Origin: Chiloscyllium plagiosum
Taxonomy: Eukaryota
Assembly (NCBI RefSeq): GCF_004010195.1
Contig: NC_057717.1
Coordinates: 102,731,676 to 102,795,675 of the forward strand
DNA: 64,000 bases
Direction: 5' to 3'
Positions 1 through 11,800 of this stretch are shown here, one piece after another. The position numbers and the translations under genes were made by a program. The notes under the pieces are model-generated. The model saw only the letters and a program-made list of their open reading frames with translations, ran no database searches and was not told the origin of the DNA. The first letter of the stretch is position 1. Every line of letters begins with the position of its first letter.

Positions 1-1548
1 CACACTGTCTATCACATCTTGACCCTGTGGTATTTACACACTGTCCATCAGCTCCTGACCCTGTGCTATTTACACACTGTCTAACACATCCTGACCCTGT
101 GGTATTTACACACTGTCTATCAACTCCTGACCCTGTGGTATTTACACACTGTCTAACACATCCTGACCCTGTGGTATTTACACACTGTCTATCAACTCCT
201 GACCCTGTGCTATTTACACACTGTCTAACACATCCTGACACTGTGGTATTTACACACCAGCTCCCGACCCTGTGGTATTTACACACTGTCTATCAGCTCC
301 TGACCCTGTGGCACTTATACACTGTCTATCATATCCTGACCCTGTGGTATTTACACACTGCCTATCAGCTCCTGACCCTGCCGTATTTACACACAGTCTA
401 TCACATCCTGACCCTGTGGTATGTACACACTGTCTGTCACATCCTGACCCTGTGGTATTTACACACTGTCTATCACATCCTGACCCTGTGGTATTTACAC
501 ACTGTCCATCAGCTCCAGACCCTGTGGTATTTACACACTGTCTATCAGCTCCTGACCCTGTGGTATTTACAAACTGCCTATCAGCTCCTGACCCTGTGGT
601 ATTTACACAGTCTCTCACATCCTGACCCTGTGGTATTTACACACTGTCTATCAACTCCTGACACTGTGGTATTTCCACACTTTCTATCACATCCTGACCT
701 TGTGGTATTTACACACTGTCTATCACATCTTGACCCTGTGTATTTACACACTGTCCATCAGCTCCTGACCCTGTGCTATTTACACACTGTCTAACACATC
801 CTGACACTGTGGTATTTACACACTGTCTATCAGCTCCTGACCCTGTGGTATTTACACACTGTCTATCAGCTCCTGACACTGTGGTATTTACACACTGTCT
901 ATAAGCTCCTGACCCTGTGGTATTTACACACTGTCTATCACATCCTGACCTTGTGGTATTTACACACTGTCTATCAAGTCCTGACCCTGTGGTATTTCCA
1001 CACAGTCTATCAGCTCCTGACCCTGTGGTATTTACACACTGTCTATAAGCTCCTGACCCTGTGGTATTTACACACTGTCTATCACACACTGACCCTGTGG
1101 TATTTACACACTGTCTATCACATCCTGACCCTATGGTATTTATACGCTGTCCATCAGCTCCTGACCTTGTGGTATTTACACACTGTCCATCGGCTCCTGA
1201 CCCTGTGGTATTTACACACTATCCATCAGCTCCTGGCCCTGTGGTATTTACACACTGTCTATCACTTCCTGACCCTGTGGCACTTATACACTGTCTATCA
1301 CATCCTGACCCTGTGGTATTTACACACTGTCCATCAGCTCCTGGCCCTGTGGTATTTACACACTGTCTATCACTTCCTGACCCTGTGGTATTTACACACT
1401 GTCCATCAGCTCCAGACCCTGTGGTATTTACACACTGTCCATCAGCTCCAGACCCTGTGGTATTTACACACTGTCCATCAGCTCCTGGCCCTGTGCTATC
1501 ATATCCTGACCCTGTGGTATTTTCACACTGTCCATCAGTGTCTGACCT
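1..1548. repeat. Minisatellite, 36-bp unit (CACACTGTCTATCACATCCTGACCCTGTGGTATTTA), ~43 copies, runs off the window start
   Basis: Direct periodicity; 12-aa repeat in the ORF translations. Confidence 0.97.
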
Positions 1549-1669
1549 TCTGATGTTAGTTCATTTCCCGTGGAGTTGGCTCTGATCTTGTGTTGTCCAG
1601 CTGACCCATTCCGGGGAGTGTTTGTGTCTCCTCCCTGCTGAGGAGAAGTATCTCCCACTTAAGCCTGTT

Positions 1670-2235
1670 ATTCTCGAGCACCCACTGTTCTTACATAGCC
1701 ACCAACCTTGAGTTCCTGCCATTATCGAATACCCGCCATTCTCGAGTACCTGCTGTTCCCGAGTGCCGCCATTCTTGAGTGCCCACTATTCCTAACTACT
1801 GGTCATTCTGAAGTGCCCGCTTTCCCAAGTGCATGCCATTCCTGAATCTCTGCCGTTCTCGAGTACCCGCCATTCTCAAGTACCTGACATTTTCAAATCC
1901 CCATCGTTCTTAAGTATCTGCCAATCATGAATACCCGCCGTTCTTGAGTGCTTGCCATTCTCAAATACCCGCCGTTCTCGAGTACCTGTTGTTCTTGAGT
2001 ACCTGCTGTTCTCGAGTACCTGCTGTTCTCGAATGCCTACCATTCTCGAGTACCTGCCGTTCTCGAGTATCTGCTGTTCTCGAATGCCCACTGTTCTCAA
2101 GTACCTGCCGTTCTCGAGTGCCCGACATTCTCGAGTGCCCGCCGTTCTTGAGTACCTGCTGTTCCTGAGTGCCCACCATTCTCAAGTGCCCGTTGTTCTC
2201 TAGTGCCTGCCATTCTTGAGTGCCCACTGTTCTGC
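1670..2235. repeat. Minisatellite, 17-bp unit (TTCTCGAGTACCTGCCG), degenerate
   Basis: Direct periodicity, most regular at 1930-2235. Confidence 0.9.
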
Positions 2236-2802
2236 CCCCTGGATTGATTACCCTTATTTGCCCCGCTCAATGCCATGAGCTGTAGCCTGGTGGATGGTCT
2301 CCTCTGATGAGAAAGTGAGGTCTGCAGATGCTGGAGATCAGAGATGGAAATGTGTTGCTGGAAAAGCGCAGCAGGTCAGGCAGCATCTAGGGAACAGGAG
2401 AATATCAGAGATGGTCTCCTCTGATGGACAGGTTACACCAGCTGGTTCATGAACCTTGACTGTCCTGCCGTCACCACAGGCCGCCATCTCCCTCCAACCC
2501 TGCAGGCACTAATCTGTCGCTCTCACCCAGTCTCGGTGTCTGAGCAGGAATGTTATTACACACAGAGAATGCTGAACTGTCCTCGATTGATGAGAAGCTA
2601 AGATTTTAATCTTGCTCCCTGACAGGTATGAAGTGTGTGAAAGATGTCAGCATAGTATCAGCTCCATTTCCCTCTGGCCATAAGCTCACGTGCTGTTAAC
2701 ATGCCTGTACCTGACTTTACTCATCGTTAACATGGCTTCTCCTTCTGATAGATGCCTTTCTCTGATATCTGCTTCTCTCTCTCTCTCTCTCTCCAAACGC
2801 AG

Positions 2803-2877
2803 GGTCCACCTGGACGCCCTGGTCTCCCCGGAGTTGATGGAATACAGGGCCCTCCTGGGACCATGCTGATGTTGCCG
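2803..2877 (+). CDS. Collagen V/XI exon (75 bp): [25 protein letters not shown], end of minor helix
   Basis: CT tract + cgcAG acceptor, GTGAGT donor; [10 protein letters not shown] hallmark of clade-B collagens. Confidence 0.96.
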
Positions 2878-5800
2878 GTGAGTTTGTTTCAACAATTTAT
2901 TTGAAGGATTAACTCTGAAAAACCTGTGGATCGCCACCGCATCAGGCAACTGCATGAGCTGGACTGCAGCAGTTCGTGTAGGCAGCTCACCATCACCTCC
3001 TCCAGGACAATGAGGAAATGTAGGGCCCAGCTAGTGACGCATGAAGACTGCGAATCCCTTTATGTTATGGAATTGACTGTGGAATTGTACAGGAGGCCAT
3101 TCTGTCCCTTTGACTAGTAAAGACTCTTAGCAAGAGCCATCCTGTTATTCCACATTCTTGCCCTCACCCCACAACTCTTCAGATTTTATCTCCTTTAAAT
3201 TTTTCTTTTCTTTATCCATGGGATGTGGGTATCACTGGCTGGGTCAGCATTTATTGCCCATCCCTAGTTTCCCCTTGAGAAGATGGTGGTGAGCTGCCTT
3301 CTTGAACTGCTGCGGTCCAATTCGTGGCGAACCATGCGCAATGCTGTTTTAGGGAGGGACTTCTAGAATACTGCGTTGCCAGTTTTGTTATGTGAGGAAC
3401 AGACAGACCCTTTCCGGATTACTTTATGGTAAACAGGCTGGGCCTGAAGAAGGATGAAGTCCTCCTGTGGTTAGCTGGGTCTTTAGCAAAAGTACAGCTA
3501 CAAAGAAAGTACAGAGAAAGACCAACTCTAATGTATGAGAGCTCCATACACAAGTCTGATAACAGCGGGAAAGAAGCTGTTCTTAAATCGGTTGGTGCAT
3601 GTTTTCAAACTTTTATATCTTCTGCCTGATGGAAGAGAGTGTAACTGGGATGGGAGGGGTCTGTGATGATGTTGGCTGCTTTCCTGAGGCAGTGGGGAGT
3701 GTAGGTGGAGTTAGTGGATGGGAGGCTGGTTTGTGTGATGGACAGGGCTGTGTTCACCACTCTCTGCAGTTTCTCGTTGTTTTTGGAACAGTATTCACCG
3801 TACCAAGCTGAGATGCATCTGGATAGGACGCTTTCTACGTTTCATCTATAAAAATGGGTAAAAGTCCTTGTGGACAATGCTGAATTTCCTTAGCGTGGCC
3901 TTGTTTGTTGCTGAGAGACTATCTCCCTTGACTGGAGATTCTAGCACGAGGTGTTGGAGTCTCTGCTCAAGAAGTCGGGAATGTGATGAGGAGAAATGGC
4001 CTCCTGCAGAAAGCTGTGAATGTTTGGAATCTTGTACCTCTGGGTCGCTCAGTTACTGAGTGTATTGAGGATTGCCATCCACGACCTAAGAGAACTGAAG
4101 ATGGGATGGAGTTGGAGAAGGGCGATCAAGACGTGGTTGAGAGACTCGTACAGGCTCAAGGGAACTTTAATAGCCTCCTCTGGGTCACATTTCTTCATTT
4201 CCTTATTGTGACTGAGTTATCGTTCTTATATCGGCTTACTGTCCTGAGATGGTGTGTAATGTACTGACCTGAGCTGTTCCTGTCTGACAATGATCAGTGT
4301 TTTCCCTCCTGTGCCAAGCTCCGATGTTGTGCCTGGCAACTGAGTGGAAAGTAACCCAGGTGAGATACGGTGAGAAACTGCTTTCGGACAGCTGAGAATT
4401 GAACCTCAGCTGCCCAGCTTAAACGGCTCACCGTGATGCTGCCTGCGGACTTCAAAAGGAATGACCGGCTGGAGGGCAGACACTTCTTTCCAACTGAAAG
4501 AGCATCATGAAATCAGCTGCAGATATTGACGAACCAATCTCGACTGGGAGAGTGTTTGGTTTTTGGCTCTGCTGAAGCTGAAGTTGATTGACAGCGTGGG
4601 AGACTGGGTCCAGTCCGCTGAGGCATGATAAAGAGAACACAGTCAGGGGCCAGTTTTTGAGGGGACTGGGGGAGGGAGGGAGCTGTTCACATTGGTGTGG
4701 ATTTGGATATCCCCGTGTCCCTGATTGAGTGGCTCTTATTTTGAAAACACCGTGTATTTCCAACTTAAAAAAGAGAGTTACTGTATTTCACCTGAATTAA
4801 GGAAGATATTTTACTTGAAGTAAAGGAATTATTATACCTTAGGAAAAGGGAGATGTTGCAATGTTAACAAGGGAGTATTACGTTGGAGAAAGAACTGTGG
4901 ATGGTGTAAATCAGAAACAAAAAGAGAAATGGCTCAGCAGGTCTGGCAGCATCAGCTGGCAAGAAATCAGCGTTAACGTTTCGGGTTCAATGAGCCATCC
5001 TCAGAACTGACTAGCCACACAGACTAACAGATACTGGAGAGAGAGATACACAGAATAATGTATTGGGGAGAGAGGTTACACAGGGTAACAGATACTGGGG
5101 AGAGAGCTACATAGGGCAACAGGTACTGGAGAGAGAGCTACACAGAATAATGTACTGGGGAGAGAGGTTACACAGGGTAACAGGTACTGGAGAGAGAGAT
5201 ACACAGAATAATGTATTGGGGAGAGAGGTTACACAGGGTAACAGGTACTGGGGAGAGAGATACACAGAATAATGTACTGGGGAGAGAGGTTACACAGGGT
5301 AACAGATACTGGGGAGAGAGCTACATAGGGCAACAGGTACTGGGGAGAGAGTTACACAGAATAATGTACTGGGGAGAGAGGTTACACAGGGTAACAGGTA
5401 CTGGGGAGAAAGCTACACAGGGTAACAGGTACTGGAGAGAGAGCTACACAGGGTAACAGGTACTGGGGAGAGAGCTACACAGGGTAACAGGTACTGGGGA
5501 GAGAGCTACACAGGGTAACAGATACTGTGGAGAGAGCTACACAGGGTAACAGGTACTGGGGAGAGAGCTACACAGGGTAACAGGTACTGGGGAGAGAGTT
5601 ACACAGGGTAACAGGTACTGGCTACAGAGCTACATAGGGCAACAGGTAATGGGGAGAGAGCTACACAGAATAACGTACTGGGGAGAGAGTTACACAGGTA
5701 CTGGGGAGAGAGTTACACAGGGTAACACGTACTGGGGGGTGAGTTACACAGGGTAACAGATACTGGGGAGAGAGTTACACAGGGCAACAGGTACTGGTGA

Positions 5801-8800
5801 GAGAGTTACACAGGGTAACAGGTACTGGTGAGAGAGTTACACAGGGCAACAGGTACCGGGGAGAGAGCTACACAGAGTAACAGGTACTGGCTACAGAGCT
5901 ACACAGGGTAACAGATACTGTGGAGAGAGTTACACAGGGCAACAGGTACCGGGGAGAGAGTTACACAGGGTAACAGGTACCGGGGAGTGAGCTACACAGG
6001 GTAACAGGTATCGGGGAGAGAGTTACACAGGGTAACAGGTACCGGGGAGTGAGCTACACAGGGTAACAGGTATCGGGGAGAGAGCTACACAGGGTAATAG
6101 ATACTGTGGTGAGAGCTACAGGGTAGCAGATACTGTGGAGAGAGTTACACAGGGTAACAGGTATTGGCTACAGAGCTACACAGGGTGACAGGTACTGGGG
6201 AGAGAGTTACACAGGGTAACAGATACTGTGGAGAGAGTTACACAGAACAACGTCCTGGGGAGTGAGTTACACAGGGTAACAGGCACTGGGGAGAGAGTTA
6301 CACAGGGTAACAGGTATTGGCTACAGAGCTACACAGGGTGACAGGTACTGGGGAGAGAGTTACACAGGGCAACAGATACTGTGGAGAGAGTTACACAGGG
6401 CAACAGGTACTGGGGAGAGAGCTACACAGGATAACAGGTACTGTGGAGAGAGGTTACACAGGGTAACAGGTACTGGGGAGAGAGCTACACAGGATAACAG
6501 GTACTGTGGAGAGAGTTACACAGAACAACGTATTGGGGAGCGAGTTACACAGGGTAACATGTACTGGGGAGTGAGTTACACAGGAGAGAGTTACACAGGG
6601 TAACAGGCACTGGGGAGAGAGTTACACAGGGCAAGGTAACAGGCACTGGGGAGAGAGTTACACAGGGCAACAGGCACTGGGGAGAGAGTTACAAAGGTAA
6701 CAGATACTGGCTACAGAGCTACACAGGGCAACAGGTACTGCGGAGAGAGTTACACAGGGTAACAGGTACCGGGGAGAGAGCTACACAGGGTAACAGACAC
6801 TGTGGTGAGAGCTACACAGGGTAACAGGTACTGGGGCGAGAGCTACACAGAATAACGTATCGGGAGAGAGTTACACAGAGTAACAGGTACTGGGGAGAGA
6901 GCTACACAGAGTAACAGGTACTGGGGAGAGAGTTACACAGGGTAACAGGTACTGGGGAGAGAGTTACAGAGGGTAATAGGTACTGGGGAGAGGGTTACAC
7001 AGGGTTACAAGTACCGGGGAGAGAGCTACACAGGGTAACAGGTACTGGTGAGAGAGTTACACAGGGTAACAGGTACCGGGGAGAGAGCTACACAGGGTAA
7101 CAGATACTGTGGTGAGAGCTACAGAGTAACAGGTACCGGGGAGAGAGCTACAGAGTAACAGGTGCTGGCTACAGAGCTACACAGGGTAACAGGTACCGGG
7201 GAGGGAGCTACACAGGGTAACAGGTACTGGGGAGAGAGCTACACAGGATAACAGGTACTGGGGGGGAGAGCTACACAGAATAACATACTGGGGAGAGAGT
7301 TACACAGGGTAACAGATACTGTGGAGAGTTACACAGGATAACAGGTACTGGAGAGAGAGCTGCACAGGGTAACAGGTACTGGGGAGAGAGTTACACAGGG
7401 TAACAGGTACCGGGGAGAGAGCTACACAGGGTAACAGATACTGTGGAGAGCATTACACAGGGCAACAGGTACTGGGGAGAGAGTTACACAGAATAACATA
7501 GCGGGGAGAGAGAGGTACACAGAGTAACAGGTCCTGGGGAGGGAGCTTCAGCAGTGTTGGTGGGTGTCTGAATAACGAGGTACACGAGAAGTAACAAATA
7601 TCAGACGAGGATGATATATGCAGAACATAAAGGATGTCAGAATTCCAGGTTATATGGGTATACAGTGGCAGGTTATGTGGAGAGTGCAAGATATTGGAGA
7701 GAATGCTACACTGAAAGGTGGGGGAGAACATCCAATGGAATAGCCTGGTAAAAAGCGAGTGCGCGTGAACAGGAACTGGCCAGCAGAAGTGGCTGACCCT
7801 GCAGCTTTCAGCCAGTCGAATGGGTTTGGCTGAGACTACAGAATTGGATCAATCACATGGGCTCTTGATTTCAGCTTTGTCTATCTAATTTGCAGTTCCA
7901 GTTTGGAGGCGATGGTGTGAAGGGACCAGTTGTTTCACCCCAGGAATATCAGGCACAGTCCATCCTTCAACAAGCAAGGGTAAGCGATTACCTGCCAGTC
8001 TCTGAGCTCAAGCTTCACCAAGCCCTCCAGCTTTAGCTCTGAAGGAGTTCTATAAGAAAATATTTGAAAGAATATTGATTTGATATTGGGTTGCTCTTCA
8101 TAGTGTCGGTGTGGACTTGTTGGGCCAAAGAGCCTGTTTCCACACTGTAAGTAATCGAATCTAATCTAATCTTGACGTGGATATACAGAACCCAGACACA
8201 ATCATTTCAGGTCCAGTTGACTTTTGGGACAGTTTCAAGGGGCTGAATGGCCTACTGCTCATAATATTCCAATGAACAATACTCAGATCCAGGGAATTCA
8301 CTCAATTCCATAATAACATCCTCAAGCTGAGGTCAAGAAATTTAAACGGAGTACCAAACTTCATTATTTTGGTTGTGGGTAAAGTGTTGGAAAAAAGTTG
8401 TGAGATAGGTTTTATAATCATCTCGAAAGGAATCAGTTGGTGAGGGATAGTCAACATGGTTTTGTGAAGGGTAGATTGTGCCTCACCAAACTTATTGAGT
8501 TCTTCGAGAAGGTGACCAAACACATGGATGAGGGTATATGGATTTCAGTAAGTCGTTTGATAAGGTTCCCCACGATAGTCTACTACACAAAATACGGAGG
8601 CATGGGATTGAGGGTGATTTCGCGATTTGGATCAGAAGTTGGCTAGCTGAAAGAAGACAGAGGGTCGTGGTTGAAGGGAAATGTTCATCGTGGAGTTCAG
8701 TTACTCGTGTTGTACCGCAAGGATCTGTTTTGGGTCCACTGCTGTTTGTCATTTTTATAAGTGACCTGGATGAAGGTGTAGAAAGATGGGTTAGTAAATT

Positions 8801-11800
8801 TGCAAATGACACTAAGGTCGGTAGAGTTGTGGATAATGCCGAAGGATGTTGTAGGTTACAGAGGGACATAGATAAGCTGCAGAGCTGGGCTGAGAGGTGG
8901 CAAATGGAGTTTAATGTAGAAAAGTGTGAGGTGATTCACTTTGGAAGGAGTAACAGGAATGCAGAATATGGGCTAATGGTAAGATTCTTGGAAGTGTAGA
9001 TGAGCAGAGAGATCCCGGTGTCCACGTACTTAGATCCCTGAAAGTTGTCACCAGGTTGATAGGGCTGTAAAGTAGTTATATGGTGTGTTAGCTTTTATTA
9101 GTAGAGGGATCGAGTTTTGGAGCCATGAGGTCATGCTGCAGCTGTACAGCACTCTGGTGTGGCTGCACTTGCAGCAGTCCTGGTCACCGCTGTGGTGTAG
9201 TTGCATACGGTTCTGGTCACGGCATTGTAGGAAAATGTAGAAGCATTGGAAAGAATCCAGAGGAGATTTGCTTAGATGTTGTCTGGTATGGAGGGGAAGT
9301 CTTACGAGGAATGGTTGAGGGACTTGAGGCTGTTTTCGCTAGAGTGGAGAATGCTGAGAGGTGACTTAATTGAGACAGATAAGATAATCAGAGGGTGAGA
9401 TTGGGTGGACTGGGAGAGCCATTTCCTTCGAATGGTGATGACTGGCATGAAGGGACATAGCTTTAAATTGAGGGGTGATAGATATGGGACAGAAGTCAGA
9501 GGTAGTTTCTTTACTCAGAGAGTAGTAGGGGTGTGGAATGCACTGTCTGTAACAGTAGTAGACTCGCCAACTTTAAGAGCATTTAAATGGTCATTGGATA
9601 AACATATGGATGAAAATGGAATAGTGTAGGATAGACGGACTTCAAATTGGTTTCACAGATCGGCGCAACATTGAGGGCCAAAGGGCCTGTACTGTGCTGT
9701 AATGTTCGAAACAGGTATCAAGCATGTTTCTCACGCCTTAAACGTCATGGAGAAACCTTTCCCAGAAATGGGCTGTTTGGCCCATCTAGTCTATACTGGT
9801 GTTAATGCTCTCAGCCTGCAGCACTATAACTCATTAGCTGTGCCCCTCGTGTTTACCCAACTTCCCCTTCAATGCGTCCACATGATTAATTTCAAACGAA
9901 TTGTTTCGGAACGTGGTGGGAATGTGGTTCTCGTCGGCTAACGAGATTACTGCGGGTTGGTTAGCGCCCACCTTCTGCTCCTGATGCGTGGCTCCTTCAC
10001 AAATGGGGCTATCTACAGCTAACCTATCGGACTTTCCTATAACCCTGGAAACTCTGCCCACGGGCTATCCCCTCCCCCTTGGGTTTCATGGAGCGGCCTG
10101 CTTGGAATTAACACTGTCCCTTGTGTTTTGCTTCCTAGCTTGCGATGAAGGGCCCACCCGGTTCGATAGGACTGACAGGCAGATCTGGCCCGATGGTGAG
10201 TGTGAGATCCGATCAGGGCAAAGGCAGTTCCAGCGCTAACACAGTGGGGGGAGGGTCCTCTCTCATGACATTGTTTCAACTGGGCTTTTGGGTTGGGAGA
10301 TGCTGTTGACCAACTGGTTGGTTCGACTCAATGTGTTTGGGTTTTCTTGATACTTTATCTACTGACCCAACCTCGCCCAGCCCCCCATCACTTTCTCGCC
10401 TGGGTGTGGTGGGTGGGGTGCGATCTGCTGTGTTTGAGGTCAAGCAGAGCCCCACAGGGTTGTAAAGGTCGTATGGGATTTGAGTACCAGACATTTGGAT
10501 GGCTGGTGGGGGAAGCGTCATTGATTGGCTTCCTCCCTTCTTTGACTATGCGTCCAGCCACTTGCTGATGGTCACTGAAGTGACTGGCTAAGGGTCAGTG
10601 TGGCCCCATTACTCCCACTGAAACCCCAAATCCATCCACAGATTGGAGTCTCCAAGCTGCCGCTGGTATAATAATGTGGTGACTAACATGGGATGAATCT
10701 TTTTTTGAAACTTATGCATTCATGCAATGCAGGCATCAGTGGGTGGGCCAGCATTTATTACCCGTCCCTAATTGCCCCAGAAGGCAGTTAAGAGTCGACC
10801 ACATTGCTGTGGGTCTGGAGTCACATATAGGCCAGACCGGGTAAGGATGACAGTTTTCCTCCTTCAAGGAAATTAGTGAACCAGATGGGTTTTTCTGACA
10901 ATCGATTCACGGTCATCATTAAACTTTTAATTTGGCATTTTTAAAAATTGAATTCAAATTCCACCATCTACCACAGCGGGATTCGAACCCGGGTCCCCAG
11001 AACATAACCTGGATTAACAGTCTAGTGATAATACCACTAGGCCATCACCTTCCGTAATTCGATGTTCCACGTTTCCCAAAACGTCGGAAGAAGAGGGGTG
11101 AGCGAAGGTTCTGGTTAGTACTTGGGGTGCAGGAGGATACATGCCAATGAGTCCCCTGCCCTCATGTGGGGACCTCAATGGAACTAGCCTTATCACGTTT
11201 AACATGGAGAGATGGTGTCTTGTCTAGAAATGTAAAGGTTTAGGGAGTGTTAGTCAGCAGCAAAGAGGGACAACACACAAGCGACTCCAAGGTCAGTAGC
11301 AGCTGTTTTGGCTCAAGTCTGAAGTTGGGAGTTTTTTCACGTTTCGGTCTGTTTTTCTCCCATACCCTTCGACCCAACCCTTACTGCTTGCCCGCTCCCC
11401 TCCAGAGGGTCGAGACTCAGTTGGCTGGATGGCTGGTTTACAGAGTGACGGTAACTGTGTGGGTTCAAATCCCACACCAGCTGAGGTTACCATGAAGGAC
11501 TCTCCTTCTCAACCTCTCCCCTCGCCCGAGGCATGATGACCCTCAGGTTAACCCCTACCAGCCACCTCCCTCTGTCTCATGAGGGAGCAGCCCCTTGGTC
11601 TGGAAAGGCTATAGCAACTTTACCATTCCTTACGGACTCTTTCTATGCCTGAGATGGAAATGAAGACTGGAACTACTTCCTTCTTTTTGTTGGTCAGAGG
11701 TCATCAATGAAAGGCAGGGAGGGAGTTAAAGGCAGGATATTACTAAGCTGGAGAGGGTTCAGAAGATATTTACCAGGATGATGCCAGGATGGAGGGTTTG

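Noticed and set aside
1..1548. 36-bp repeats as a CRISPR array or a Cys/His-rich protein gene
   Set aside because: Units are contiguous with no unique spacers, there are no cas genes, and the context is a vertebrate intron. The ORFs arise from a unit length divisible by 3.
8437..9629. Functional reverse transcriptase gene
   Set aside because: Multiple frameshifts and stops, catalytic FADD mutated to FAND, 5'-truncated
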